This document shows positions 38,185-53,509 of a stretch of DNA of 64,000 nt, piece after piece. The notes under the pieces are model-generated. The model saw only the letters and a program-made list of their open reading frames with translations, made no database searches and was not told the origin of the DNA. The translations under genes and the position numbers were made by a program. The DNA comes from the human T2T-CHM13v2.0 reference genome, Homo sapiens, in assembly GCF_009914755.1 (NCBI RefSeq), contig NC_060935.1; one strand, 5' to 3'. Numbering within the stretch: the stretch's first letter is position 1; each line of letters begins with the position of its first letter.

Positions 38185-40385
38185 AATCAACACCCCTTCA
38201 TGTTAAAAACTCTCAATAAACTAGGTATTAAAGGAACATACCTCAAAATAATAAGAGCCATCTATGACAAACCCACAGCCAACATCATACTAAATAAGCA
38301 AAAGCTGGAATCATTCCCCTTGAAAACCAGCGCTAGACAAGAATGCCCTCTCTCACCATTCCTGTTCAATATAGTATTCGAAGTCCTGGCCAGAGCAATC
38401 AGGCAAGAGAAAGAAATAAAGGGCATCCAAATAGGAAGAGAGGAAGTCAAAGTATCCCTGTTTGCAAATGACATGGCTCTATAAATAGAAAACCCCATAC
38501 TTTCAGCCCAAAAGCTCCTTAAGCTGATAACTTCAGTGACATCTCCAGAATACAAAATAAATGTACAAAAATCAGTAGCATTCCTATACACCAACAGCTA
38601 TCAAGCCGATAGCCAAATCAGGAACAAAATCTCATTCACAATTGCCACAAAAGAATAAAATACCTGGGAATACAGCTAACCAAGGAGGCGAAAGATCTCT
38701 TCCATAACTACAAAACACTGCTAAAAGAAGTCAGAGATGTCAAACAAATGGATAAACATTGCAATGCTCATGGATACGAAGAACCAATATTGTTAAAATG
38801 GCCAGACTGCCGAAAGCAACTTACAAATTCAATACTAATCCTGTAAAACTATCAATGACATTCTTCACAGAACTAGAAAAAACTCTTTTAAACTTCATAT
38901 GGAACCAAAAAAGAGCCCCAATAACCAAGGCAATCCTAAGCAAAAAGAACAAAGCTAGAGACAACATATTACCTGACTTCAAATTATACTGCAGGGCTAC
39001 AGTAACCAAAACAGCATGGTACTGGTACAAAAACAGACACACAGACAATTGGAAGAGAATAGGGAGCCCAGAAATAAGGCTGCCCACACTCAACCATTTA
39101 TCTTTGACAAAGATGACAAAAACAAGTAATGGAGAAAGGACTCCTTATTCAATAAATGGTTCTGAGATAACTGACTAGCCATGTGCAGGAGATTGAATCT
39201 GGACCATTTTCTTACACCATATGCAAAATTCAAATTAAGATGGATTAAAGACTTAAATGTAAAACCCAAAACTACAAGAACCCTGGAAGACAACCTAGGC
39301 AATACCATTCTGGACATGAGAACAGGCAAAGGTTTCATGACAGATGCCAGAAGCAAATGCAACAAAGCAGAAATTGACAAATGGGATCTAATTAAACTAA
39401 AGAGTTTCTGCACAGCAAAAGAAACTAACAACAGAGTAAACAGACAACCTACAGAATAGGAGAAAATATTTTCAAACTATGCATCTGGTTTAATATCCAG
39501 CATCTATAAGGAACTTAAACAAATCTATAAGAAATAAAAAACAAATAAACCTGTTAAAAAGTGAGCAAAAGGCATGAACAGACACCTTTCAAAAGAAGAC
39601 ATACATGCGGCCAACAAGCATATGAAAAAAAGCTCAGCACCACTGATCATTAAAGAAATGCAAATCAAAACCACAATGAGATACCATCTCACGCCAGTCA
39701 GAATGGCTATTATACGATAGTCAAAAAATAACAGGTGCTGGGGAGGTTGTGGAGGAAAAGGAACATTTATACACTGTGGGTGCAAGTGTAAATTAGTTCA
39801 ACAATTGTGGAAAACAGAATGGCAATTCCTCAAAGACCTAAAAACAGAACACCATTAAGCCTATCAATCCTATTACTGGGAATATAAATAATTCTATCAT
39901 AAAGACACATGCACGCGTCGCAGCACTATTCACAATAGCAAAGACATGGAATCAACTTAAATGCCCATCAGTGGTAGACTGGATAAAGAAAATGTGCTAC
40001 ATATATACCATGGAATACTATACAGCCATAAAAATGAATGAGAACATGTCCTTTGCAGGTACATGGATGGAGCTGGAGGCCATTTTCCTTAGCAAACTAA
40101 TGCAAAAACCGAAAACCAAATACCACATGTTCTCACTTATAAGTGGGAGCTAAATAATGAGAACACATGGACACATAGAGGGGAACAACAGACACTGAGG
40201 CCTACCTGAGGGTGGAGGGTGGAAGGAAGGACAGGATCAAGAAAAATAACTAATGGATATCAGGCTTAATACCTGGGTGATGAAATAATCTGTATAGCAG
40301 AACCCCATGACACAAGTTTACCTACATAACAAACCTGCACATGTACCCCCGAACTTAAAATAAAAAGAAAAAAGAAAAAAACAAG
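38185..40385 (+). mobile_element. 5'-truncated L1PA13-like element (ORF2 RT to 3'UTR and A tail), disrupted
   Basis: ORF pieces [76 protein letters not shown]; 3'UTR ggcttaatacctgggtgatgaaataatctgta. Confidence 0.93.
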
Positions 40386-41249
40386 AAGCAATGAAGACAG
40401 CTTTTGAAAATGCTTTCTGGAAGGCATTTTTGAACAAATTTGTGCTAGTTCTCCACCTCCTCTTCAGGCTGAGCTTTGCTGACTGAAGTCATTTGACAAG
40501 ATTTCAGCAGAGTGGAGTGTGTAAATGTTATGCAGAATGAATTACAGGTCTGGAGACATTCATTTCATTACCCTAGATTCTATTAGCAAAGTTCACTTTA
40601 TGGAGCAGTCCAAAATGATTTATCTAATGCCTGCTTCTTCAGGAATGTTTCAAATCCTGAGCTATAAGTGGTTGTTGAAATTATTAAGAGATGTCCATTT
40701 TAGCCACTAGGAGGTATAGTTGTGATTTTGGAATGTGCCTTCAATTTCTTTTTAAAATGCAAACCAGACCATCCAATAGAACACCTAACACAGTACCCAG
40801 CCCACAGCCCAGGCTCAGTGCTGATGAAGGAATGCAAATGTCAGTTGTCAGAGAGTCCTCTCTCCCCAGGCCTGCTTTGGATATGCTCCAGGAGAATGGG
40901 GCTGTGTCCCCGATACCTACAACAGCTCTTGGCACATGGTAGGCACACAATCAATATCTCTGAATGACTGAGTGGATGAATGATGAGATTTTCCTGCACT
41001 TCAGCCACATTTTCACACACAGTGGAGCCATCCATCCATGTGGAACCCTTGGTTTGCCAACACTGCTTTGGAAAAGTGGGCCAAGGATAAGGACTGTTGT
41101 CATGGCAGTCTGACACCGCCCATACCTTCAGCCTCTATCCACATCCTCTTCCACCCTCAACCCAGTGCTGTGGCCACTGGCAACTTCCCCCAGGCCTCCT
41201 TCTCAAGGCTTTTACAAGTGCTATTCCTCTTTGGGGAGAGGCCTCATCT

Positions 41250-41812
41250 GTACCCACCCTTGCCTTGACTCACTGATTGGCAAGTTAACTCTTGCTTATC
41301 CTTCAGGTTCCAGCTCAGATGTGGCCTCTTCCAGGGTATTTCTCTGACTGCACCCTCTCCCCTCACTGACTACATAAGGTTTCCCTGTCATGTGCTCTTA
41401 TGTACTGTTTTTCAAAGTGATTATCAATGTTTATAATTTTGTTGTGTAATTATTTTAAGGCAGCATTGTGTAGTGATTAAGAGCAGGAACAAATGCCTGC
41501 AGGGTTGAAACTTCAGCTCTGTCATGTGCAAACTGCGTGAACTTGGGCAAGGTATTTCACCTTTCTTTATTCACTTCCTCATTGGTAGACAGGAGACGAC
41601 ACCACTACTCACTTTTAGGGTTACTTGTGACAATTAAATAAGCTAATAAATGTAAATGCCACTTTGAGTTGGCCTTTTTTATTTGACGAGTATGTGTCTC
41701 CTGTGCTAGCCCCATGAGGATAGAGTGGGCATTTTACTTGTCATTGTATTCTCATATTTAGTGGTGTCTGGTCTCTGGTAGGCACTCAATAAATTTTTGT
41801 GAAATAAATGAA
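41250..41812 (+). mobile_element. L2 3' end with a nested MIR (~41458-41660)
   Basis: ttatccttcaggttccagctcagatgt; MIR head ggcagcattgtgtagtgattaagagc; L2 tail taggcactcaataaat. Confidence 0.65.
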
Positions 41813-42106
41813 GGAAAAATCACAAACTTTTTTTCAACAAGCCAGGTACAAGACAAGAGGAGGAAGCCTGCTGCAAAGGATGCAAAAGGCCCATGCCTCC
41901 AACCTCAGTCTGGCTGTCATTGCTAACGTCACTAAGCCATGGTTGCCAGGCAATTGCTGGGGGAAAAAAGCACTTTCAAAGCCAACTAAGCACCTACTGT
42001 GTGACAAACTCTCAACAGCATCCAGTCCTGGCCCTGTAGGTCCTCCCGGAATAAAAATTTTCTCAAACCTATATATGTGGCTCTAATGAGATGTGTTAAA
42101 ATAGAG

Positions 42107-42287
42107 CAGTGCTTTTCAACTTTTGTATGAAAGCTGCAGGATTTGTTAAAACATAGACTGCTGGCCCCACCCTCAGTAATTCTAATATTGAAGTAACTCT
42201 GGGTTGGGATTCAAGAATTTGCATTTCTGACAAGTTCTACTTGCAGCAAATCCTGTTGGTCCAGAGACTACATTTTGAGAACCACTG
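42107..42287. mobile_element. MER5A hAT-Charlie MITE
   Basis: cagtg...ttttgagaaccactg termini; aagaatttgcatttctgacaagtt; 8-bp TSD AAATAG(A/G)G. Confidence 0.82.
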
Positions 42288-42609
42288 AAATAGGGGCATG
42301 TTCTTGACATGAATGGGGAAGCAGTGTGATTAAATTTGACTCTAGGAGAGTGGTCATAGAGGTGGTGACATTTGAACTGGGCCTAGAAGGATGAGAAGGA
42401 TTTTTCAGAATAAGGACACAGGTTCCCTGCAGGGCATGAACAAGACGGGGAGAGATGAGCGCCTGTTTGGGAAATGATCTTATGTGGGAAGAGGCAGAGG
42501 CTGCCGAGCCTGCAGCATTGTGGGGTCATTCATCCCTTATTCTTGGCCAGCGTGGAGAGAGGTAGCCTGGGGAGAAGATGAACCCAGGAGGGGAAAGGTT
42601 AGGCAGGAA

Positions 42610-42855
42610 GAGCTTAGACTCTTCAGCTTTGTAGTTAGACAGACCTAGACTTGAATCTCGACTTCATCACTTACCACCTGCAGGACTCTCAACAAGTAAT
42701 TTACTTTTCTCAGCCTCAATTTTCTCACCTGTGAAATGGGACTAGAATAGTCACTGTTTCATAAAATAATCGTGGACTAAATTAGCTAATAGATGTGAAT
42801 TACTCAGCTTTAGGTTCGGCCCGTAGAGGATACTCTGTAATGGAAGCTATCATCA
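42610..42855 (+). mobile_element. MIR
   Basis: agacagacctagacttgaatctcgac...cctcaattttctcacctgtgaaatggg. Confidence 0.7.
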
Positions 42856-43809
42856 GTATTAGTCATTAGTATTGGTCAGTCTAATGCAGAAATGACCACA
42901 CTGAAGATATTTATACATCTGCCTTCCCTACCAGGCTGCGTTCCCTGAGCATGGTCTGTGACACCTCTTCTGGGTACCCCCACTCCCCGCAGAGCCAGAG
43001 CCTGGTGAAGCTCAGATGCTCAAGAGATGTGACTCAGGCAGGGATCTCTGCTCCCATGCAGGGCTCTGGTGGTCTGGGAGCAGTGTCAGGGAGCCAGCAG
43101 ACACTAGGAAGAGAAGCAGGATGAGGAAGCCAGAGAAACTGGAGGAGACTTCTGCCTATGCCCCAGCATGACCTCAAACAGGTGGCCCAGCCCCAGGAAA
43201 CTGTAAACCCAAGCCCAACTTCAGGCTGCATGGACTCCTCCCAAGGGAGGAGGGCTTGCCACGGTGCAGCAAATACAGCAGTGAGCAAGACAAATAGTGT
43301 CCTGCATTCACGGAGGTCAGGAAAGCTGAAGCAGATGAGAAATCAGGTAGCTTTTCAAGGAGCTCATGGGTAATTATACTAGGACATGTGGGGTGGGAGC
43401 ACCTGCCCTTGAGAACACTCCTCCTGGCGGAAGGGCTCAGTTCACTTTTGGTGATTTTGGGATAAAGAACAGGGCACATAAGATCCTGCTCTTTCTTTCT
43501 TCCATTCTGCAGGGAGTGAGCCTGTCCATGGCAAGCTCCAGCCAGCTCTGCTCCTCCTGCCCTACCTCTTAGGTGACCCCGCTTCCTAGTCTGCATGTCA
43601 GCACCCAGAAGCCCTTTTGCCCACAGATATCAGCCACATGTTCTAATATCAACTGTACTGGAAATAAAGGTGAGATTTTGTTCTCCCATCTGCCTTGCTT
43701 TTTTTTTTTCTTATTCTTTATTGCATCAGAACTAACACGGAGTAGAAGGGTGCTATTTTGTAGCCCCTCAAACTCTCCAACGAAGGGAGTTAGAAAGGGT
43801 TAGGAAGTG

Positions 43810-44030
43810 CTATTTTAGATAAGGGAGGTGAGAAAGACCTCTATGATGAAGTGACATTTTGGTGGGGAGATCTGAAGGAAGTGAGGGAGAAAGCCTTGTG
43901 GGAGAAGAGCACTCTGGGGAGAGGGAGCAGCCTGTGCAAAGGCCTTGAGGCAGGCATTTGTTTAGTGTGTGTGTGGAAGAGCAAGGATGGCAATGTGGCT
44001 GGAGAATAGTGAAAGCAGAGGGGACGGTTC
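43810..44030 (-). mobile_element. L2 fragment
   Basis: gaagtgacattt...gatctgaaggaagtgaggga...cagcctgtgcaaaggccttgaggcagg. Confidence 0.7.
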
Positions 44031-45849
44031 TCAGGGATTCTTGACTTTCTGTCCCAGGCAGGTATTTGTCTAGATTGGATAATGGGCATAGCACAGCTCA
44101 TAGAAGGAATAAATGCTTCATTCTGGAAGCCCACAAACTATTGTTTTGAGCAATCTGCAAGTTTCCCCACCCCTGCTTGGTGCCAGGACTCCCCTTTGAG
44201 AGCCAAGAGCTGGAGAGATGTGCCAGAAACACAGATTGGAAGATGCATGACATCCCTTGGGAGAGACTGGCTGGAAGGCAAGATCCACAAGACAGAAAGC
44301 AGAGATGACCCTCAAGTTGAAAAGCTTGAACCTAGCTGGGTGATTGATTACCAGGAGACCACCCTGATTTTGTTCTCTAATTACGGTGTTTATTTGATGC
44401 ATCATATTGGGCCTGAAACCCTTAATACCAGCCGGTGCTGTTCAGTGTTACAATGTCCTAATTAAGCTTTGATTTATATGCTAATTTTATTCCAAGTGTG
44501 TTCAAAAGGGGAAAAGTTATTAGACTTTATTTTGAGATTACATTTTAATCCTGAGGTCTGCCAGAGAGCACTGTGTTTATTCTGTTGGCTTTTGTTTCCA
44601 GGATGTTAGTGGCAATTGTGATTATTTCCTCGGAGGGGAAGGATGATGAAGTGGTAAGGAGCTGTTTAGAGTTGGTGGGGCTTCTGCTAATTGGAATTAT
44701 GTAACCTCTTGCCTTTGCCTTGACAGCTTTGCAATGAGGCTTGCCTTGACTGCCCAGCTGCTTAGGAGGGACAACAGGGATGTGCCTTAGGGATGTCGCA
44801 GGGAATATTTGGAAGGAAGGCCATTACATGAGGGAGTGATTGGATTCTGGAATGTGAGGGGAAATTGGGCTTTTACCACATGAGTCCCTGAAATTTGTAA
44901 GAGTCACGCAAAAACCAGCAAGGGGAGCAGCTGGTCTTTGCTACAGAAAGGATGTGTTTTGTTTGTTTGTTTTTATACTGTTATTTATCCTAAGTGGATG
45001 TCACTTGAAATTTCCTGTTCAAGGATTAAAAAGTCTTATGAATCAAATTATCTTTGGATCTTAGAAGGTTCACGTGGCTTCATAAATACTCTGAAATAGT
45101 ATGAAAAATAGGGTATGCATCCGCACGTGTGCATCGTGCTTGAGTGTGTTGTCTGGGGATGAGTCCAAAGTTTCCATCAGATTTCCAAGAGTACTGGCCC
45201 TTCAAAACGTTAAGAATCACAGGACTGGGGAACATCCAGCTTGAATCTGTGATTTAATTTCCTGAGACTGGATGTGTGGTCTGAAAACACAAATTAACAA
45301 CCAGCAGTTCCTTTCCCTCTGCCCATCCAAATCGTAGCTCCCTGGGTCCACAATGGTGCCCAAGTTCAGAAGGCCATGGGGGCAGGTTGAATTGTGAGGG
45401 ATGCTTACCTGATCTCAGAGGCATGGGCAAGGACCCATTATCTTTCCTCTGAGTGACCTGAGTCCTATTTGTCCCAACTTCTGAGGGAAGAGCAGAGTTG
45501 CTTATAAAATAGATGAGAACTTCTATGTAAACACTCAGGGACACACATTATTCAAAATCCTTTGTAACCTGGAGCATACGTACTTCCCATGTCAGCCTCA
45601 GTAAAGGGTTCTCCACTGGGCCTCCAGGTTTTCTGATTGGGTTTTACTTATTTATTTATTTTCCCTTCTCCCTTCTCTCTGCCAACTAGCAGTGAACAGA
45701 AGAAAGGTTTAACAGGAGCATATTCGTTTCACTTTCTCCTTTTGTGACTACTACACGGTCTGTGGCTCAATATATATTGCATTTGACATCTTTAGTTTAT
45801 CCTAAGAAATCAAACTTAGGGATTGCAGTTCCATAAAATTATAGGACCT

Positions 45850-46443
<594 letters not shown>

Positions 46444-47110
46444 AAAAGATGCTATTACTTCTTAAGTGTCTCCTTTTCAAAATTTTCTGCAGAGGCCATT
46501 CACCCATCCCCCTGGGTATGAAGACATGGAGAATGGATCAACCCCTCTAGTCCAGGCTTATATTTTTCAGAAGGGTACCAAGAACTGGTTTGTGAGAGAG
46601 CAGAACAATGTCATCTAACCTCAGAAGGGAGGTAACCCCCAAAATGGTCAAACTGCCCTCATTTTCTCAGGGTGCCTTGGCTCTGCACCAGTTCTCGGTC
46701 TTGTGTCATCTAAGCCTTCCATCTGACCTAGTTGAATTATGATGTGGCTTCAGAAAGTTTCTAACACCTGCTTCTGATGCATGTATCTTAGCGCCTTTGC
46801 TATTCTTTGCTGCTTGCCTATATTTTTAGCTTTACATTTCAGGTTCTGTCAGCCTTTCCACAGAATTAAAATGCCCCTGTTCACTTGTGCTGCTCCAGGG
46901 GAAGAATATTTGCCATTTTCCACAGATGATGACCCTGGGATGGAGAAGATGTCTGCTTTACTAAGGCTTGTAGATGACCCATAAGAGTTATAGTGAAAAT
47001 ATCTCATTTTAAAAAGGGTAACATATTTTTAAAAATAAAGTATTATCTTCCCACCTTATCATAAGGAATTATTTTCCTATTCCTTTGCTTATCTGTCCAC
47101 ATGCATATAA

Positions 47111-47459
<349 letters not shown>

Positions 47460-50326
47460 TATTTGGTTTATATTTTATGACGTGAGTAGGAATTTCACCA
47501 GCTACATATTCAAGTGTGCAAAGATAATCATTCTATTTTTCTATAACTTTAGCTCTATTTTGAACTCCCTTTACACCTGTTGGTAGAAAACAAAGAAACA
47601 AACAAAAAACCCACTGATCAGTTCCATGGAAACGAAACCATCCAAAGGTTTCCCAGGTTTTTGTGAGGGTGCATTCAGTTAATTGAGGGTGTTCTGCCTC
47701 CCTTCTTCCTGTTGGGATTGTGATAAATTCCCAGGGGACTTACAGGGCATCAAGATCTCAGTTGTGAGTGAGGAGCCTTCTGATTCTGATTAGTCAAAGT
47801 CCAGTTAAGACAAACAAAATCAAACATACAACAGGAAATTGAATACATGGATATAGAAGGGCTGAGATGCCAAACGGGACAGGATTAGCTACGGGGGAAA
47901 CTACTCTCACCAGGAGGGATGGAGGGACATGAAGAAATGGTGGGGTTGCAGGGCCCAGAAGCCAGGACCCTCGGGCTAGAACCAGGGCAGAGGCTGCCTG
48001 GCTGGAGCTATAGGACCTTGTAGGAAGGGTTTAGTTGGCGGGAGCTAGAATCACAAAAGAGACACAGACACCTGTGGTGGTGGAACTTTACTCAAGGAAG
48101 GTGGAATGAGAGCAGGAGAAGCACCCCGATCTCTCCTGCTTCTACATGTCAGCCTCCCCACTGCAAGTAGACTTGCTTCTACTCCAGTGCATGAAATCAT
48201 GCTGGGGTAGGGGCTATGGGGACCATCTTTCTGAGCTACCCTAAAGAAGTGAGTCATGGGTCTCCTCGACTCTCAAATACCCCTAACCATGTTTTTAAAA
48301 ATAATTTTTACTCTTTCCAGGGACTGGCCTTGGGGATGGAGGGAAGGATGATATGGGTGAAGGCATGGGACCTCGTTCTCAGAGAACCCACCAATCCCTA
48401 ACACTTGAACTTTATTTCCAAATCTTTAAGGAATTATAAGGAAAAAATAATAAAATATAAGCTAGCATCTCAAAATTTTATTTGGCCACCATAGGGATAA
48501 GTGTTAAAAGGACCTTAATCATTCATTTATGGACGTTTGGTTGGTTTTCAGCATTTGACTGCTAATCTGATGGTGGGTGTGCTTAAGGAGGTGGCAGAAA
48601 ATTCCCACCTGATTCTGTACCTTTGTCCCTGATCCTGCGCCTTTGTCCCCCACTGACCCCTCACGAAACTTGGAGGCAGCATGAAGAGGGGCTTTGGGCA
48701 CTTCCGCCCTACTCATGGCAAAGAGCTGGGCCTTCTCCTTGTCTTCCATTTTGTGCTTGTTCTCTCTACCTCCTGGTCTTGACTTTTTGTCTGCTTCTCC
48801 CCAAATCCTGGCTAGAGATGTGGCCTCTCCTTCTCAACCCTGGTCCTTGTCTTGCACTATCTCTTTGGTTCTTGTCCTCTGGCTATACCATTTTTGGCCA
48901 TCTCATTTACCTCCTCAGAGGGAGGAAGGACATAACAGGTGTGCTTTAATTCCTAAGGCTCATCTTTCAATCCTGAACCACAAACAGTATCTCCAAGGTT
49001 TATTTTTCAAATTATGTTTAATTTAAATTAATTTAAAAAGGAATATCTGATTGGTTTAGAAGATGTGGAAAACACAGAAAAACAAATGGAAAAAATGAAA
49101 GTTATCCCAAGTTCTACCACTCAAAGATAACTGCCACAAATTCCATGAGGGGAAAGGACTTGGCTTATCTTGTTCATTTTGGTAACCCCAGGGCCCAGGC
49201 ACACAGTAAGTAAGCTAAGTAAATATTGCTAAATTAAACAATAACCTTTTGGAAATTTTTTCCATTCATAAACATTTTTATGCAAGTGGAGTCATATTCT
49301 ACCTACCATTTTGTAACCTACTTTTCTGTATAGCAATGTATCATTAGCATTTTCCAAATCAATAAATGTTCTTCCATATTATTTTAGTAGTAGCATGGTA
49401 TTCAGTTATAAAAGCAGACCATAATGAATGTAAATGGTACCTTCATGTTATATATTTAGGTTTTTCTTTTCTAAATTTTTATTCTCCCAAACAAACTTTA
49501 TATTCTTGTACATATATGGGTGCACAACTTTTCAGGTCAAAGGGCACACATACACATTTTCAAGGTGTTCCATGCATCCTACTTTCTAGTAGGTATACAC
49601 ATTTCTAGCACAATGAATTATACTAGAATGCTCATTCCATGAAGCAAGGATTTTGTTCATTTATTTCCTGTACCATAGTGAATCTAGCCTAGAGCAATGC
49701 CTAGCACAGAGTAGGTTCTTAATAAATATTTGTTGAATTTGTTTCCTTTTGCCCTCACCAATAATGTTTAATGCTACTTTAAAAAGTTTTTTTTTTTCAG
49801 TCTGATAGCAAAAATAATGGTTCCTATATTTACAAATTGTAAACTTATCACACCCTCTGCCCGCAAAATGCTTAGTAAGCCTGCTGGAATTGGACCCTAA
49901 ATATTTAAAAACTGTTCTCAGAACCAAAGCTAAACAGAAACAAGGTCTTGTGGAGCCAGAATCTCTGGCTTCAAAGATTCCCTAGCATTCGACATACTAT
50001 CACCTGTACCCACTTACACATCGCTTAGAGCCAAGCATCCCATCCCCATGGGAGATTTCTGCAGATAAAGGAAGGCAATGAGATTCGTGGTAAAAGCATT
50101 CATACTGCCATTTTTCTCCACGAAGAATACATCTTTGGTTTGTTTTTGTTTTTGTTTTTTATACAAAGCTTACCTACTGACCCAGAAAAAAAGAGTTTTT
50201 TGTATTTTCTCTGAGGATTTAGACGATGTAGGCTTCTGTTAGCCAACCCCATGGGAGAAGACAATGGCATCATCAGACTTCAAAGATGTCTTGAAGAGTG
50301 CTCCCTGGGGCTCTGTGGGTGCACTG

Positions 50327-50327
<1 letters not shown>

Positions 50328-50360
<33 letters not shown>

Positions 50361-50391
50361 ATCTGTGTGCGTGCGCGTGCACGTGTGTGTG
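50328..50391. repeat. (TG)n and mixed TG/CG alternating purine-pyrimidine tract
   Basis: tgtgtg...tgcgtgcgcgtgcacgtgtgtgtg. Confidence 0.9.
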
Positions 50392-50929
50392 GCTGCAGTC
50401 AGGGAGTGCCAGTCAGGAAGTAGCCAGGAATCCCTCCAAAAGAATCTAAGTGGGAGTTTTCTTCTGTGTGTCCTTGCTCAGCTTAGCCTGCTGGGCTTTG
50501 AGTAGTTAGGAGGCCACTGGACACACTGTGAGTTGAAAGGAAGTTGCATTGACTTCCAGGCCACTTTCATCTGATGCCACAGGAAGAAAAAAAAAAATAG
50601 AATGGGTCCCCGATTCAATGGAGAAACAAGACACTGGAAATGCAAATATTCCCAATGTGCTATGCAAAGGAGCCAAGCCAGGGTCCCCACACCTGTCTTC
50701 CCAGGGAAGGTCGTGATCCACACACAGGAAGCTTGGGTGGGTGGGTCTCATCATCAAAGCAAAAAGCCTTCCCTTTGAAGAATTCATAGAAACAAAATGT
50801 CAATGAAGAGTCACACACCCAAGAAACAAACACTATTCAGATGGAGTAACAAGCTTTTACTTGTAGAACACACTCTTAATTTATCAGAGCACCTTTCCCC
50901 TGGCATTGTAATTGTTGTCTTACAAACAA

Positions 50930-51460
50930 TCCCTAGACAACAGCAAAGACAGATGGTATCTCTATCTTTAGAAAATAAACTTTTAGGTAATAAACTTGAG
51001 GCTCAAAGAAGTTATAGTTCTTTACCCAGATCCTAGAAATAGTAAATGGAAGAGCTGGAGCTTAAACCAGGCAGTGTAGAAAGTCTCTTCGTGGTTTCAC
51101 TAGATAAAACAGCAGCAGCAGCTGTGGCAATATTTATTCCTATTTTTTTTCAACATCCATGTTCAGGATACCTTCTCATTAATATTTGAGCTAGACTTTA
51201 AAGAAGATTTCAACAGTGGTTAAGATCAAGGCCTCAAGAGTCAGACTGCTTGAATTTGAATCCCAACTTCACCCCTAACTAGCTGTATGACCTTGGAAAA
51301 GTCACTTAATTTCTCTGTGCTTATTGCCTTTTCTGAAAAATATGGATAATAATAGTATCTGTCTTATGAGATAACTGTGAGAATTAAATGAATTATTATA
51401 TCTAAATAATGTAGAACAGTGCCTGGGACAATAAGTGGTATGGAGGTGCTGGCTAAGATC
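50930..51460. mobile_element. Two MIRs head-to-head (minus ~50930-51075; plus ~51213-51460)
   Basis: aacttgaggctcaaagaagtta; cagtggttaagatc...agtcagactgcttgaatttgaatccc...ctagctgtatgaccttgg. Confidence 0.7.
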
Positions 51461-51779
51461 ACCATTGGGCCTGCCTGTTGTTGCATGTGGCACACAGCAC
51501 CTTCTGCGCCTTCCACCTTAGTACACACCTAAGGCTGGCCTGCCTTAGCCCCCACTGCATTAGTGGCCCTGATTTGATTAAATGCACCCGGTCTCTCCTA
51601 CCTGCCCTAGAGGTGAGCACTTGACGAAGAGAGAGGAGATGACCCATAGGTTGGCTTGGTATGTTGAAATGACCTGGGCAATCAGACCCTCCTTTGATGC
51701 CTGAACTAGGCTACCCAATTAGCAGTGAGAACTGAGGATGAGAGAGTGGGCAGAGTCTGAGAGAGACAGCATCTGTCCT

Positions 51780-52400
51780 TTATTTCCATCTTCACATCTC
51801 TACGTAAGCCACCATTGTCTCCTGCCAGGTGACTTCAGTGACCTAATGGGTCCCCCTGCTCCCTCTTTTATAATCTAGTCTCAAAAATGCAGCCAAAGAA
51901 AACTTCTGAAAAATTTATCCACTTAAAACTCTCCAGGTGCTTCCCATTGCATTTAGAACAGACTTGTCTGACTCAATCATGTAACATTGTTTCATTATTT
52001 GCCACTTTCTAGCCACATTGGTCTCTTGACTACATCGGACACATCGTGGTCTCAAGGCCTTTGCACTTGCTCTTTGATCTTTCTTCCCCCACACCTTCAC
52101 TTAGCCAGTTCCTCCAGGTCTAGTCTGAATTGTCACCTCCTCAGAGAAGCCTTCCCTGGTCACACTACGAAATGCTGTTCTCCCCAACCTCATTCACTAT
52201 CATATCATCCTATTTTACTTCTTTTGTGGCAGTCATCATTACTATCTAAGATTATCCAGGTTGTATATTTGTTTCTGTGTTTAATGACTGGCTCCACTGC
52301 TAGGATACAAATTCCTTGATGGAAGAAAGCTCACCTGTCATGTTCACTGTGGCATTTCCAGTAGTGAGGATAGCGCATTTGATAAATATTTGTTGGATTT
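51780..52400 (+). mobile_element. L2 3' portion
   Basis: cttaaaactctccagg...ctcaaggcctttgcacttgct...tgtcacctcctcagagaagccttccctg...ataaatatttgttg. Confidence 0.8.
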
Positions 52401-53509
52401 GTTTTACAATTTCAGTTTCGACTCCATTTCCAGTACATATATGACCCCCTTCTTTTTTTTAAGATACCTTGAAAACCAAAACAGCCTACTGAAATAAACT
52501 TAGAGCTTGAATCTTGTTACCCATTCCAACCTCCCTGGGAAGTTCCGTTCTGAGGCTCTTCCTCCACATGTGACTCCTCCACAGCCTAACTGACATGCTC
52601 ATGCCACCCGTGGGTGTTTCACTGCAGGCCTGTTTTATAGCATCCTCCCATGCTCACAGAGGTGCCAGCTCCTAATGGCAAGAAAAACAGAGCCAGCCCA
52701 CCCTCTGCCTCCACCCCTTGCCAGCTGACAATAAGCTCCCTCCTAGCCACTGTCTATTTCAGATAATGCTACATTGTCTCAACCCATCATCACTTGGGTA
52801 ATCGGGCTCCTTCCTTCTATTCTAGCTACTCAACCATGGTGGTGCTGAGTAAAGGATGTTAACAGAAATGTTTGAGGAAAAATAAAAACTGCCAGGAGTA
52901 GGAGGAAGAGAGAACAAGAATGTCCCAGCCAGTCCATTTCTGCCCTTCCTCCTCCCCACCACAGCCATTCTGCAGATGAGGATACCAAAGTCCAGACAGG
53001 AACTGGAAGTGACTTTCACTAAGCCACCCTTCAGTGAAGTTGCAGAAGGGTGGCAATATAAAATAAGGACTGCAGGCTGCCTGAGAAACAGGTACAAGAT
53101 AGGTGCGGTGATGACTTCTTCAAATACAAATGTCTAACTTTGCTGTTATTGGCATTTATTATTTTCAAGAGTGAAACTTCAGCTGATTCCCAAAGATCCA
53201 GAATAAGAGTCATATTTAGTAGGACAACGACAAATTGGTTTTGTGACAGACTATGGAATAGGTCCATCCATTCCTCATGCTGTAGCACCCTGAGGACAAG
53301 TTATGCCTGGCTTACTCTCCAATGTGTGTCTAGTGCCAAAACAGTTCCTGGGACAAATTTGTTGGATGAATGAGCCCTGAGTCCCTACTTTGAAAACTTA
53401 CTATCTGTCCAGATCTATGCTAAGCATTAAGAGGAATAAAAAAGGAGAAATAGATACAGTCTATTCTCTCCTTCAGCTTTTGATCTGGTTGTAAAAGAAC
53501 TGCTGCAAA

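Noticed and set aside
38128-40153. Reverse-transcriptase-like ORFs
   Set aside because: Frameshifted L1 ORF2 remnants, not a functional gene or novel RT system
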